A stretch of 64,000 nucleotides of DNA from Phycisphaerales bacterium JB050 (GCA_043101125.1 JBICHT010000088.1:145-64144); one strand, 5' to 3'. Numbered from the stretch's first letter, positions 1 through 9,225 are shown. Numbers and translations: made by a program. The notes: a model not told the origin generated them from the letters alone.

Positions 1-2159
1 TAACTGATCGAGCCGATCCACCAGCGACAGACATCGGCACCGAAGTTCTTGACCAGCTCGTCCACATCAAGGGCGTTGCCCAGCGACTTGGACATCTTCT
101 TGCCGTCTTTGTCGACCATGAAGCCGTGGGTGAGCACGCTCTTGAACGGCGAGGTGCCCGTCGTTCCGAGGCCGGGCAGCAAAGAAAGTTGGAACCAGCC
201 GCGGTGTTGGTCCGAGCCCTCAAGGTAGAGGTCGATCGGGTAATCCACGCCTTCGCTGTCGGTGAGCGGCTTGGATGCGCCGCCGGAGCGTTCACGCATG
301 ACCGCGTTCCAGGACGAGCCCGACTCGAACCAGACATCGAAGATGTCCCGGCTCTTGGTGAGCGAGGCGACATCGAGGCCCTTCGGCGCTTCGGTATCGG
401 AGGCGTAGTCGTAGTGGCGCAGCAGGTGTGCGCTGTCCTTGAGGAACCAGGAGTCGGCCCCCTCCTCACGGAATGCCTTGGCGATCGCTCGGACCGAGGC
501 GGTGGTCAGCAGCGTGACCGGGTTGCCCTGTGCGTCTTCGCCGTAGAAAGTCGGGATGGGCAGACCCCAGGCACGCTGGCGGCTGATGCACCAGTCGGGG
601 CGGGATTCGAGCATGCCGCGCATGCGGTTGCGTCCCCATTCGGGGATGAACTTCACGCGCTCGGCGGTTTCGTCGAGGGCAGCCTCACGCAGGGTCTTGC
701 CCGAGGATTTCGCGGGTTCGTCCACGCCGATGAACCATTGCTCGGTGGCGCGGAAGATGACCGGGGTCTTGCTCCGCCAGTCGTGTGGGTAGGAGTGCAT
801 GAATCGGTTCGAGTGGAACAGATGGCCGCTCGACTCGAGGTCCTTGGTGATCTGTTCGTTGGCGTCCCAGACCGACATCCCGCGGTACTTGGCCGGCACC
901 GAGTCGTCGTAGGTGCCATCACCGCGAACCGGGCAGTAGACCGGCAATTTTTCGCGCAGGCCGGTCAGGTAGTCCTCGCTGCCGTGTCCGGGTGCGGTGT
1001 GCACGAGGCCGGTGCCGTCTTCGAGCGTGACATAGTCCGCCTGCACGACCCGGTAGATGCCCTCGGGCTCCGAGCCGCGCATGGCGGCGTCGGGCTGGGT
1101 GGTGAAGTCCGGCCCGCCCTCGACGAACGGGTGGCGATAACGCAAGCCGACCAGCCGGTCGCCGGTCGTCGTCGCGAGGATCTCGACTTCTTCCGCGCCC
1201 GCGGCCTTGGTGACCTGCTCGACCAAGCCTTCGGCGAGGACGGTGTAACTGCCGTCGACCTTGACCAGTGCGTAGGTGAATTTCTCGTTCACCGCGATGG
1301 CGAGGTTTGCCGGGAGCGTCCACGGTGTGGTCGTCCAGATCATGAAACTCGGCTTCTGATGCGGACGGACCGGCTTCGTGCTCTCGGCGTCTTCGCGGTC
1401 CTCATCGTCCGCGTGGGGGGGCAGGCCGAAGGCGTCGTAGACGGCTTCGCCATCGAGGGCTTCGAAGTCCACGAACACCGAGATATCTTCGCGGTCCTCG
1501 TATTCGAGTTCGGCATCGGCCAGCGCGGTCTCGTTGGCGATCGACCAGTGCACGGCCTTGAGTTGGCGGTAGACCAGGCCCTGCTCGACCAGCCCGGCGA
1601 AGACCTCCAGCGTCGCGCCTTCGTACGCGGGGTGCATGGTCAGGTACGGGTGATCGTAGTCGGCAAGCGTCAGGAGCCCCTTCATCTGGCCGGTCTGGTG
1701 CTTGACATGCTTCTCGGCGTACTTCTGGCACTCGCGCCGGATCGCCATGCGCCGGGTGTCCTCATCGAGCGTGGCCAGTTTCTCCAGTTTGCCGCTGGAG
1801 CTGAGTTCGGTCATCACCTTGTGCTCGATGGGCAGGCCGTGGCAGTCCCACCCGGGGACATAAGGGCAGGCCATGCCGTTCATCAGTTTGGAGCGAACAA
1901 CGAAGTCCTTGAGGCACTTGTTGAGCAGGTGTCCGAGGTGGATGGACCCGTTGGCGTAGGGCGGGCCGTCGTGGAAGACGAACCGCTCGGTGCGGGCTTG
2001 GTCTTCGGTGACCTGCTGGTACAGGTCCATGGCCTCCCAGCGTTTGAGGGAGGCCGGTTCGTTCTGCACCAGGTTCGCCTTCATGGGGAACGAGGTCTTG
2101 GGCAGGTTCAGGGAATCCTTGTAGCGGGCTTTATCCGCTTTCGTCGAGGTTTGGTTCAT
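1..2159 (-). CDS. ileS: isoleucyl-tRNA synthetase, N-terminal ~719 codons (3-prime end runs off the left edge)
   Basis: Not in the ORF track because it is truncated. Manual reverse translation from ATG 2159-2157 gives MNQTSTKADKARYKDSLNLPKTSFPMKANL...FVFHDGPPYANGSIHLGHLLNK (HIGH-type motif), GWDCHGLPIE, and HGFMVDKDGKKMSKSLGN (KMSKS, Met codon at 95-93, in frame with 2159). The listed + ORF 126..2399 is its antisense shadow. Confidence 0.93.
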   Translation of the reverse strand, partial: MNQTSTKADKARYKDSLNLPKTSFPMKANLVQNEPASLKRWEAMDLYQQVTEDQARTERFVFHDGPPYANGSIHLGHLLNKCLKDFVVRSKLMNGMACPYVPGWDCHGLPIEHKVMTELSSSGKLEKLATLDEDTRRMAIRRECQKYAEKHVKHQTGQMKGLLTLADYDHPYLTMHPAYEGATLEVFAGLVEQGLVYRQLKAVHWSIANETALADAELEYEDREDISVFVDFEALDGEAVYDAFGLPPHADDEDREDAESTKPVRPHQKPSFMIWTTTPWTLPANLAIAVNEKFTYALVKVDGSYTVLAEGLVEQVTKAAGAEEVEILATTTGDRLVGLRYRHPFVEGGPDFTTQPDAAMRGSEPEGIYRVVQADYVTLEDGTGLVHTAPGHGSEDYLTGLREKLPVYCPVRGDGTYDDSVPAKYRGMSVWDANEQITKDLESSGHLFHSNRFMHSYPHDWRSKTPVIFRATEQWFIGVDEPAKSSGKTLREAALDETAERVKFIPEWGRNRMRGMLESRPDWCISRQRAWGLPIPTFYGEDAQGNPVTLLTTASVRAIAKAFREEGADSWFLKDSAHLLRHYDYASDTEAPKGLDVASLTKSRDIFDVWFESGSSWNAVMRERSGGASKPLTDSEGVDYPIDLYLEGSDQHRGWFQLSLLPGLGTTGTSPFKSVLTHGFMVDKDGKKMSKSLGNALDVDELVKNFGADVCRWWIGSIS

Positions 2160-2460
2160 GGCTGTTTTTGCTCTGAAGAACGCCGGAAAATCGGCGGGAT
2201 TGGCGTGTTGGGCATCCTATCCGATGGCGAAGCACCGGCAGGCGGATGGCCCGGGTGCATGCTGTTCGGAGGGTTCATGTTCGATGGGCGATTCGCCCCG
2301 CCGGGTAACTTGTGCTGCTCGCGAGGCGAGCGACAGACCTCAAGCCCTCAGCGGGGCGAGGTAATTCGGATGCGTCGCGATGGCGTGCGTCTGGTATGAG
2401 GCATGTTTGTACTCTATCGGAACATTGAATCCGGGGTGTGAGTTCGCGACCGGAACCATG

Positions 2461-2491
2461 AAAAAACCCGGCTCCCGCGAGGGGAACCGGG
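2461..2491 (-). terminator. rho-independent terminator downstream of the 2527..3081 gene
   Basis: The reverse strand reads CCCGGTTCCCC-TCGC-GGGAGCCGGG followed by TTTTTT. It lies 36 nt after the stop codon. The stem is 5+4 bp with one internal mismatch. Confidence 0.6.
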
Positions 2492-2526
2492 TCGAGGAGA
2501 AACCGTTGTTGGGTGGGCTCCCAGGG

Positions 2527-3081
2527 TTACTTCTTCGGATCGGTGTGCTCGAAGATCGCCTGCGTACGGAGCACCACGCCACCCTGCGAGATCATGTGGT
2601 AACTCTGGGCGTGAACCTCGCGCCGGAAGCGCTGGACATCGAGGATGCTGGCGCAGCGACCGCCCTCGGCATCTTCCCATTCGAAAAGCATGGCCTCGTT
2701 TTCCCGGGCGAACTGGGTGAGTTCGTCGTAGGTGTCGCGGTAGAGAGCCTCGGGGAGCTGCTCGGTCTGAACCGTGGAGACATACTTCACATGGTCGCCG
2801 AATTCTTCCTCATGATCACGCTCACCGGCACACGGGAGTTCCGTGACGAGACCGCGATTGGGGAAATTCTGATCCGCGGCAGTAATGAGTTCAGTTGCGC
2901 AGACCCCCTGATGAACGAAACGCATCAGGTGCGCACCGGGCATAATCCAGCCCTCGAACTCATAATCCATATGCGTGACCGTGCGACGGTCTTTGATAGG
3001 AAAAAGTTCGGGATGGAGGGCGCGCCGGTAAAGGAGGAGGCGGTAGGCCTGCAAGCATGAAGATTTCGTGGGAGAAGTCAT
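2527..3081 (-). CDS. conserved hypothetical protein, 184 aa (possibly DUF2617-like; from memory, unverified)
   Basis: ATG at 3081 is preceded by AGGAGG with a 4-nt spacer. Residue composition looks like a real protein (LYRRALHPELFPIKDRR..., many aromatic and acidic residues). A terminator follows the gene. Confidence 0.75.
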   Translation of the reverse strand: MTSPTKSSCLQAYRLLLYRRALHPELFPIKDRRTVTHMDYEFEGWIMPGAHLMRFVHQGVCATELITAADQNFPNRGLVTELPCAGERDHEEEFGDHVKYVSTVQTEQLPEALYRDTYDELTQFARENEAMLFEWEDAEGGRCASILDVQRFRREVHAQSYHMISQGGVVLRTQAIFEHTDPKK

Positions 3082-3342
3082 AGGACCTCCTGACTAATGG
3101 ACTCGGTCGAGCTCGTGCTGGGGGTCGCGACGAAGCGGCATATCGCGAGCACACAGTCTAAGCGTGGGACCTTCGGATTCAACAAAAAACTTCCGAGATT
3201 CTTTCGTCTGATGCCGATATCTAGAGGTGGACCTTGCGGCAGATCTTGCGCCGGGTGTGTATTAGGACCACTAGACCTAGGAATATGGTCAAAACGATCG
3301 AATTCTATACGCAGGCGCAGCCAGTACGGTTCGAGGAGAGCA

Positions 3343-5307
3343 GTGGCCAAAGATAAGTTCGTGCAAACCCTAAGCGGCAGACTTGAGCAATGCGTTGGCT
3401 TGCCCCGTCGGGCGAGGCACGCCGCGCTGTGCGCCGCCTTGCGGGCTATGGGACGATCTGAGGCCCCAATGGTGTTGGATCACGCCCTCTCGACCCTCGC
3501 GAGCGATGGCAGGGAGTCCGATCTCGGCGCGGCGATCCTGACCGGCTGGAAGCACTACTCGCTGGATGAAAAGGCGAGTGTCTGTCTCGGTATGGGTGAC
3601 CGGTTCCTGGTCACGGTCTTGGGGCTTGATTCGGGCGTCGCCTCACCGATCGCGGCGGACTGTCTCGGGCACCCAGAACTGGCTGGTGTCATCGTTGGGA
3701 ATGACCCATTCAAGGAGTCGGATTTCGTCGCCCTGGGAATCGGTTTCGGTCATGCTCAGGCTGGCGACGGGGAACGGTGGCGTCGTGCCCTTGCTCGCAC
3801 GACGCTGGTCTGTCAACAAGATTCGGAGGGGCTTCCGAACTCGGTTCATGCTGTTCTGGATCGCGAACTGGTCGCTTGGGCGGGTCACTATGCCGAGCAC
3901 CGGGACGCGAGCGTGCTTCGTGCGGTCCTCGCGGCGACACGCCGATGCGGCCCTCGGCTTCACGCATGGTTGCTTCGCGGGCCTCTTGAAGAGCATCTGC
4001 CGCTGAGAGCGGCGGCGGCGAAGGCCGAACTCACCATCGTGGCAGGGCTGGCCCTGGCTTGGTTGGCCTGGCCTTGTCTGGTGCCTGCCTCGAGACGGGT
4101 GATCGAGCGCGTGGTATCGACCGATGATGCCGAGCTGTTCAACGCGATGCTCGAACCTTGGGCGCTGCTCCGGTCGAGGCGACGGGGGGACCGGCTGCGT
4201 ACGGTGCTGTCGGACCAGCAATTTTCCCGCCTCGCAAACAAAGCGGGGCTTTCTGAACACGCCAAGCGGGGGCTGCCGGTCATCGCCTCTGAACTTGGGA
4301 CCGGTGCGGTCGCCGCGCTTGCCCAGACCGGTTTGGTTGCCTCGCGTGATGCTCAAGCCCGGCTCGGGTTGGTCCATGCCATCGCGGGCGCGAGCGCTGG
4401 TGAGGAGGCCGATCTCACCTTGCAGGACCTCGGCTTTGATCCGCAGCCAACCGTCTCGATTGCAGCGATCGGTGCCATGGGACGCATCCGAAGCAGGCAT
4501 CGGCGTATCGCCAGCAGCGAAGCGATTGAAACGCTGACTCGCTGTCAGCACGAACGAGGGCGAGCGAAGGCGCAGCGTGCACTCGAACGGTTCGACCCGT
4601 TGTCCGGGGTTCGTTCCGAGGCATCGCGATGGCATTGTCCGGTCGCCGCGAAGTGGCTGTCGGTGCGTTCGCCGGACACGCTCGAGGATCTTCTTCGCGG
4701 GGCGTTGCGAGTTCCTGACCAGTGCCAGGGCGCCATGGGGTTGATCGATCGACTGAGTTTGGTCTCACGCTTCGGCGCGCAACTCTGCGCGATCGCCTCC
4801 GGGGCATCTGATCCGCGCTGTCGTGCCAGTGCCACACGCCTGCTCGGAGAATCAGGTGACGATGTCGAAGGTGCCGAGCGGGCGTTCCGTACACTCGCGG
4901 AACTGCTCGGAGACTCAGACCACCGGGTTCGGGCCAACGCGATCGAAGCGATCTCGCGTTTGCGAGGCGCATCCATCCGCCTCGATCGGTTCGCGTCTGA
5001 TCCGGTTGCTCGTGTTCGTGCGAACGCCATCCGCCACGCCTGCTCCTTGCTCGAAGCCAAGCAGCAGAGCGAGTCGTCTGAGTTTGGCATGATGCACCTC
5101 GACGCGATGCTGCGCGATGACCGCAGCGGGCATCGGCTCAGCGCGGTCTGGGTCACTTCTGTGGTTCGCCCCGTAGAACTGGCTGGCCCGATCGCGCAGA
5201 TGGCGCGGGAGGATGCCGACCCGACCGTGCGATCCCGAGCCAGGCGCTGCGCCATGAGATTGCTTTCTGCCATGGAACCCCAGCGACAGGAGGTCGGCGT
5301 TGCCTGA
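3343..5307 (+). CDS. HEAT-repeat protein of unknown function
   Basis: The C-terminal part carries repeated HEAT/PBS-lyase-like units (DHRVRANAIEAISRL, DPVARVRANAIRHA, DADPTVRSRARRCAMRLL). The track ORF starts at 3097 inside an A+T-richer intergenic stretch. I prefer GTG 3343, which follows GAGGAG at 3333-3338. The start remains uncertain. Confidence 0.6.
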   Translation: MAKDKFVQTLSGRLEQCVGLPRRARHAALCAALRAMGRSEAPMVLDHALSTLASDGRESDLGAAILTGWKHYSLDEKASVCLGMGDRFLVTVLGLDSGVASPIAADCLGHPELAGVIVGNDPFKESDFVALGIGFGHAQAGDGERWRRALARTTLVCQQDSEGLPNSVHAVLDRELVAWAGHYAEHRDASVLRAVLAATRRCGPRLHAWLLRGPLEEHLPLRAAAAKAELTIVAGLALAWLAWPCLVPASRRVIERVVSTDDAELFNAMLEPWALLRSRRRGDRLRTVLSDQQFSRLANKAGLSEHAKRGLPVIASELGTGAVAALAQTGLVASRDAQARLGLVHAIAGASAGEEADLTLQDLGFDPQPTVSIAAIGAMGRIRSRHRRIASSEAIETLTRCQHERGRAKAQRALERFDPLSGVRSEASRWHCPVAAKWLSVRSPDTLEDLLRGALRVPDQCQGAMGLIDRLSLVSRFGAQLCAIASGASDPRCRASATRLLGESGDDVEGAERAFRTLAELLGDSDHRVRANAIEAISRLRGASIRLDRFASDPVARVRANAIRHACSLLEAKQQSESSEFGMMHLDAMLRDDRSGHRLSAVWVTSVVRPVELAGPIAQMAREDADPTVRSRARRCAMRLLSAMEPQRQEVGVA

Positions 5308-5824
5308 GGCGATGGGGCCCATTCTTATCATGGCGAGTCGGCTCGGTCCGCCTCGCTTGTTTGAAGGCGAAGCGGAGGCCGGATCAGGCGTGCCGGGTTG
5401 GTTTCTAGTGCTCGGATCGGCGCTGGGTCTGCTGGTCCTGTTACTCGTGATGCGTGAGATTCGCCGGCGCACCGTCGGCGCTGAACGGCTCGCGTTCCGT
5501 TTGCTGGCACGCCGGTTCGGGCTTCGAAGGGCCGAGCGCAAGGCTGTTGTGCGCCTGGCCCAACGCGAGGGCGTGGAGGCGGTCGGCCTGCTGATCTGTG
5601 AATCCGCGTTCGTGCGGGCGACCGCTGGCCGGTCCGAAGCGAAATCTGCGATCGTTGAATCGAAACCGATCTTGTTGACCAGCGCCGAGGTCAGCGAACT
5701 GGGACGAGTCGCCGAGCGCTTATTCGGCTTTGGTGCTATGGATCGTCTTGAGCAGCACGCGACCCGTACCGAGGAGGAGCATCGCCATGACGATGATGAA
5801 CAATCGCCCCGATGGGTCGCCTGA
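5300..5824 (+). CDS. hypothetical single-pass membrane protein
   Basis: TTG 5300 lies 6 nt after AGGAGG (5288-5293) and overlaps the HEAT gene stop; ATG 5312 is an alternative start. There is one hydrophobic helix (WFLVLGSALGLLVLLLVM) followed by an Arg-rich soluble part. No family recognised. Confidence 0.5.
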   Translation: MPEAMGPILIMASRLGPPRLFEGEAEAGSGVPGWFLVLGSALGLLVLLLVMREIRRRTVGAERLAFRLLARRFGLRRAERKAVVRLAQREGVEAVGLLICESAFVRATAGRSEAKSAIVESKPILLTSAEVSELGRVAERLFGFGAMDRLEQHATRTEEEHRHDDDEQSPRWVA

Positions 5825-6218
5825 ATACTCCGGCACGCCAGCGGATCGACGCACCGGCCGTCGCATCGCCACATCAAGGCTGATCCCGGTGGTTCTGCTG
5901 GCTGGTGACCGGACGCTTGGTCCGGCGGTGTCGATGCGCTGCGTGAACATCTCTGACGGCGGGATGCGCCTCGAAGGGCCGGCCCCTCTCGTGCGCGGAG
6001 CCCGTGCGGCGATCGAACTGAAATCCACGCGGAACCACCGTCGGGCGTTGGTCGGGATCGAGGTGGTGTACAGCCACATTAATCATCGCGGCGACTGCGA
6101 TGCCGGCGTGCGATTCGTGAAGTTGCCGGTGAGCACGGTGCGTGAGAACTTCCTCGACGATCGCGGCAGATTGCGGAGCCTCTCCTCCGAGCAAGCGGAA
6201 ACCGATGAGCCCGAGTGA
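5787..6218 (+). CDS. PilZ domain protein
   Basis: Both PilZ c-di-GMP motifs are present: RRTGRR (RxxxR) and NISDGG ((D/N)xSxxG). ATG 5787 is preceded by GAGGAGGAG. The track ORF start at 5730 is a TTG with no SD. Confidence 0.75.
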   Translation: MTMMNNRPDGSPEYSGTPADRRTGRRIATSRLIPVVLLAGDRTLGPAVSMRCVNISDGGMRLEGPAPLVRGARAAIELKSTRNHRRALVGIEVVYSHINHRGDCDAGVRFVKLPVSTVRENFLDDRGRLRSLSSEQAETDEPE

Positions 6219-6792
6219 TCGCCATGTCATCCTGATGGGCCTGCGCGGGAGCGGGAAGAGCACGATCGGTCGATTACTTGCCGCGCTCATGGATCGCGAG
6301 TTCGTCGATCTCGATGATCGGACGCTCGCGGTGTTCAGGGATCGGGGCGAGGCCGAGACGATCGCACAGGTCTTCGAGCGATACGGCGAGACGCGGTTCC
6401 GGGAGGCAGAGGCGTCGGCCTTGCGGGAGGCGCTGTGCGACCACCCCTCCGGGAGGGTCGTGCTGGCACTCGGCGGCGGGAGCCCGACCGCGCCAGGAGC
6501 CGCGGACCTGCTGAGCGACAGCGGTGGGGCGCTCATTTACCTGCGCATGCAGCCGAGGGTGCTCGTGGCTCGGCTGTCGGGCGAGATCGACAGCAGACGC
6601 CCGGCGCTCACGGAGCAGGGCGATGCGATCACGGAGATCGAGCAGGTTTTTCACCAGCGAGACGGCCTGTACACCTCACTCGCCGACCTCGTGTTCGAGG
6701 ATGACCTCAGCGTAGAAGAAACCGCCGCGGAGTTGGTGCGACGGTTGAAAGAATTGGACTGCGGGGGTGGTCAGGCGGCGCGGGAGTATTGA
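6205..6792 (+). CDS. aroK: shikimate kinase
   Basis: HVILMGLRGSGKSTIGRLLA (P-loop), then FVDLDD, ETRFREAE and LGGG, matching the AroK layout. ATG 6205 overlaps the stop of the upstream PilZ gene by 14 nt. Confidence 0.85.
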   Translation: MSPSDRHVILMGLRGSGKSTIGRLLAALMDREFVDLDDRTLAVFRDRGEAETIAQVFERYGETRFREAEASALREALCDHPSGRVVLALGGGSPTAPGAADLLSDSGGALIYLRMQPRVLVARLSGEIDSRRPALTEQGDAITEIEQVFHQRDGLYTSLADLVFEDDLSVEETAAELVRRLKELDCGGGQAAREY

Positions 6793-7184
6793 CCGCTGGA
6801 GAGTTGGTTCAGCAGTCGTTGCTCATCGCCGGGTTGGCAGAAGTTCTTGAACACGCAGGCCATGCGGAACGGCCCACCCTGATCAAGATCGTCCTGCTCG
6901 GTCCAGACGACGGTCGCCATCGCGAAGATCGCTCGGCGATCTTTGTCCTGAGTATGGTGGAAGGTAGGACCGGGCAACTGGATGCGCACGGCGATGCGGG
7001 TGCCGGGCTCGATCAGTTCGTCCAGTTCGAATCGCATCCCGCCTAACGAGATGTCGTAGGCGTGCCCGTGCGAGCGGAAATGGTCGCTTTCAAGCTCGCG
7101 GACCGCGACCTCGGTGTACATCGAGGGCAACTGGTACCGGGTATGGATGCGGCGATTCTGCGCGTTCAAAGTCGATCGGAGCAT
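6771..7184 (-). CDS. PilZ domain protein
   Basis: RRIHTR (RxxxR) and DISLGG (DxSxxG) are at canonical spacing. 137 aa. Its 3-prime end overlaps the aroK 3-prime end by 22 nt (convergent). Confidence 0.8.
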   Translation of the reverse strand: MLRSTLNAQNRRIHTRYQLPSMYTEVAVRELESDHFRSHGHAYDISLGGMRFELDELIEPGTRIAVRIQLPGPTFHHTQDKDRRAIFAMATVVWTEQDDLDQGGPFRMACVFKNFCQPGDEQRLLNQLSSGQYSRAA

Positions 7185-7304
7185 GGCACGCCTCCCTGCG
7201 TGAAACTCACCGTTTTCGGACGGTGGATAACACCTTCATCGGTCGGGGAGACCGACCGGTTGAGTTTGGAGGCAGTCTCGGGGCTATATTTTCAGGGATT
7301 TTGC

Positions 7305-7784
7305 TCAGCAGGCGCCATCGGCCGGGGAGGAATCCGCCTCAGCAAAGACCTGGAAAGCGATCCGGGAGATCTTGACGCCCATCTCCTGCTCCAGGCGTGC
7401 AACATCTTCAGCAGGGATACGGTCGAGGATCTGGCGCCCGATGGGCTCGGGGACATCGAGAAGACGCCCGTCGGGAGTGATCACATGCAGGTGCTCCTCG
7501 AGATCCGCGTCGTACCGAGCTGCGGCGGCACAGCCGGTAGGTGGCACGATCTTCTGGCACAGCCCTGCCGAGCAGAGGGCTTCGAGGGTGTTGTAGACGG
7601 TGGCCAGACTGAGCGTGCAGGAGTCCTCGCCCGAGTTCACCAAGGCGTGGAGTTCCTCTGCCGTCGGGTGGGAGCGACAGGATTCAAGGGCGCAGTACAC
7701 CCGGGCCCGCTGTCGAGTGCAGCGGAGGTCGTTGTCGGCGAATAAACGCCTGGCTTTTTCCTCGGGTGATATGGGATAAGACAC
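7305..7784 (-). CDS. Fur-family transcriptional regulator (metal specificity unknown)
   Basis: N-terminal winged helix typical of Fur (LRCTRQRARVYCALESCRSHPTAEELHALV, LATVYNTLEAL). The dimerisation half has EEHLHVI but no CxxC pairs. Confidence 0.75.
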   Translation of the reverse strand: MSYPISPEEKARRLFADNDLRCTRQRARVYCALESCRSHPTAEELHALVNSGEDSCTLSLATVYNTLEALCSAGLCQKIVPPTGCAAAARYDADLEEHLHVITPDGRLLDVPEPIGRQILDRIPAEDVARLEQEMGVKISRIAFQVFAEADSSPADGAC

Positions 7785-7910
7785 AACTGCTCCGGGATCG
7801 TCTGAACTCTAGAGAGTATTGGCAGGAAAAACCCGAAGATCGAGCATTTTCAGGGTTCCAGCGAAAATTGGGGCGTGTCGTGCTCCATGCCCGGCGCGAG
7901 GCGAGCGGGG

Positions 7911-8426
7911 TCAGGCCGACTCTGCGGTATCCGCCTTCGAGGCTTCGCCGTCGGTGGCGGTCGTATCAAAGACCATCTTGAAGTGTTCAATTCCCGCTTC
8001 GGTGAAGGGTTCTCCGCTCTGGACCCAACCCAAACTGGCGTAGAACTGGGCCGCGTCAGCGCGGGCGTGGCAGTAAAGCTTGGTCAGGCCGAGTTCGCCC
8101 AGAGCCCGGCGTTCGAGTTCGATGACCAGACGGCGCCCAATGCCTTCGCGTTGACGCTGAGGATCGACGGCCATCTGCATGAGTTTGCCGCTGTTGGGCT
8201 CGTCGTCGGGGTAGTGGGGCAGCAGAAGCGTGCAGCCGATGACCCGCTTGCCCTTCGGGTGGTCCACCACGGCCACGAAATGCTCGAATCGGTCCTCAAA
8301 ACCAGGGAATTCTTCTTCGAGCATCTGCATGGTGTAGTCGATCGGGTCGAGCAGCACGCTCTGACGCAAAGCGACTTCCTGCTCGTAGAGCGGATGCTGT
8401 CGATCGATGCGCAGGTATTCGATCAC
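7911..8426 (-). CDS. GNAT-family N-acetyltransferase
   Basis: Acetyl-CoA motif A-like QRQREGIGRRLV plus ARADAAQFYASLGW. GTG start with a GGAGG SD 7 nt upstream. Confidence 0.8.
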   Translation of the reverse strand: MIEYLRIDRQHPLYEQEVALRQSVLLDPIDYTMQMLEEEFPGFEDRFEHFVAVVDHPKGKRVIGCTLLLPHYPDDEPNSGKLMQMAVDPQRQREGIGRRLVIELERRALGELGLTKLYCHARADAAQFYASLGWVQSGEPFTEAGIEHFKMVFDTTATDGEASKADTAESA

Positions 8427-8452
8427 GGTTCGACCTCCGAGGGGACCTGCCC

Positions 8453-9208
8453 ATGATAGCGTTTACTTACAACGGCTGTGGAGGTGAACCGGGCGGGATT
8501 CTCGGGCCTTGCGCCTCGGGTACAGTCCGCATCATGGGCGAATCGGTTTCTGTGCTCTGCGAATCCTGCGGCTACGACCTGACCGGATCCACCCCGGAAG
8601 GGGTTTGTGGCGAATGCGGCGAGCCGGTGGCCGCGAGTTTGCCTGGGTGCCGCACCGGCTCGCCATGGCAGATCGGCGGCGGGCCCGTGTCGTTGGCGCG
8701 AACGATTCTCGCGGTGTTGACCGAGCCACGGTCAATCTGGGCAAGGCTGCAGATGGTGATGCCGGGTTCGTTCGGGCTGCTGGTGGCGAACGCTGCGCTG
8801 GCGGGGATCGTATACGGGGTGAGCGTGAACGCTCTGGTCGCGATGCCGCCGTTCGCCATCGGGGTTTGCGTTCTGTCTCTCGTGGAGTACTTCGGGTTGA
8901 GGTTTTTCGGCAAGCGCCACGGCTGGCGGGTCAGTCCGGCGGTGGCCATGACGGTGGTCGGGCACGCGGGGGTGGCGTGGCTGGTGGCGGGGTGTCTCGC
9001 GGGGATCGGCTTCTGGCTCGGCGGGGCGTTTTCTGGAGGGATCGAGGTGCCGTCGTTCCTGCGGATGCTCGCGGGGCGCGGGATGATTGAGTGGGAGCAT
9101 CTGCTGCCCGTCGTCGGGTTTTTGGCTGGGATGCTGGTGTTCGAGGTGCTGGTTTACATCGGCGTGCGCCGATGTCGTTTCGCAAACCCGCCGACCGCGA
9201 CTCTTTGA
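8453..9208 (+). CDS. zinc-ribbon membrane protein of unknown function
   Basis: CESCGYDLTGSTPEGVCGECGEP, followed by about 5 predicted TM helices. ATG 8534 is an alternative start. Shares the N-terminal motif with 37904..38374. Confidence 0.65.
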   Translation: MIAFTYNGCGGEPGGILGPCASGTVRIMGESVSVLCESCGYDLTGSTPEGVCGECGEPVAASLPGCRTGSPWQIGGGPVSLARTILAVLTEPRSIWARLQMVMPGSFGLLVANAALAGIVYGVSVNALVAMPPFAIGVCVLSLVEYFGLRFFGKRHGWRVSPAVAMTVVGHAGVAWLVAGCLAGIGFWLGGAFSGGIEVPSFLRMLAGRGMIEWEHLLPVVGFLAGMLVFEVLVYIGVRRCRFANPPTATL

Positions 9209-9225
9209 ACGGATACCATGGCGTT

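Noticed and set aside
126-2399. 757-aa + strand ORF, the longest ORF at the left end of the track
   Set aside because: It is the antisense shadow of ileS. The minus-strand frame carries the HIGH-type and KMSKS motifs and an IleS N-terminus. The + strand product is Arg/Gly/Ala/Val-rich with no recognisable motif, as expected for stop-poor antisense frames in high-G+C DNA.
7229-7260. Hairpin CGGTCG-GGGAGA-CGACCG between the Fur-family and PilZ genes, considered as a terminator
   Set aside because: It has only a 6-bp stem and no convincing U-tract on the minus strand, so it is too weak to call.
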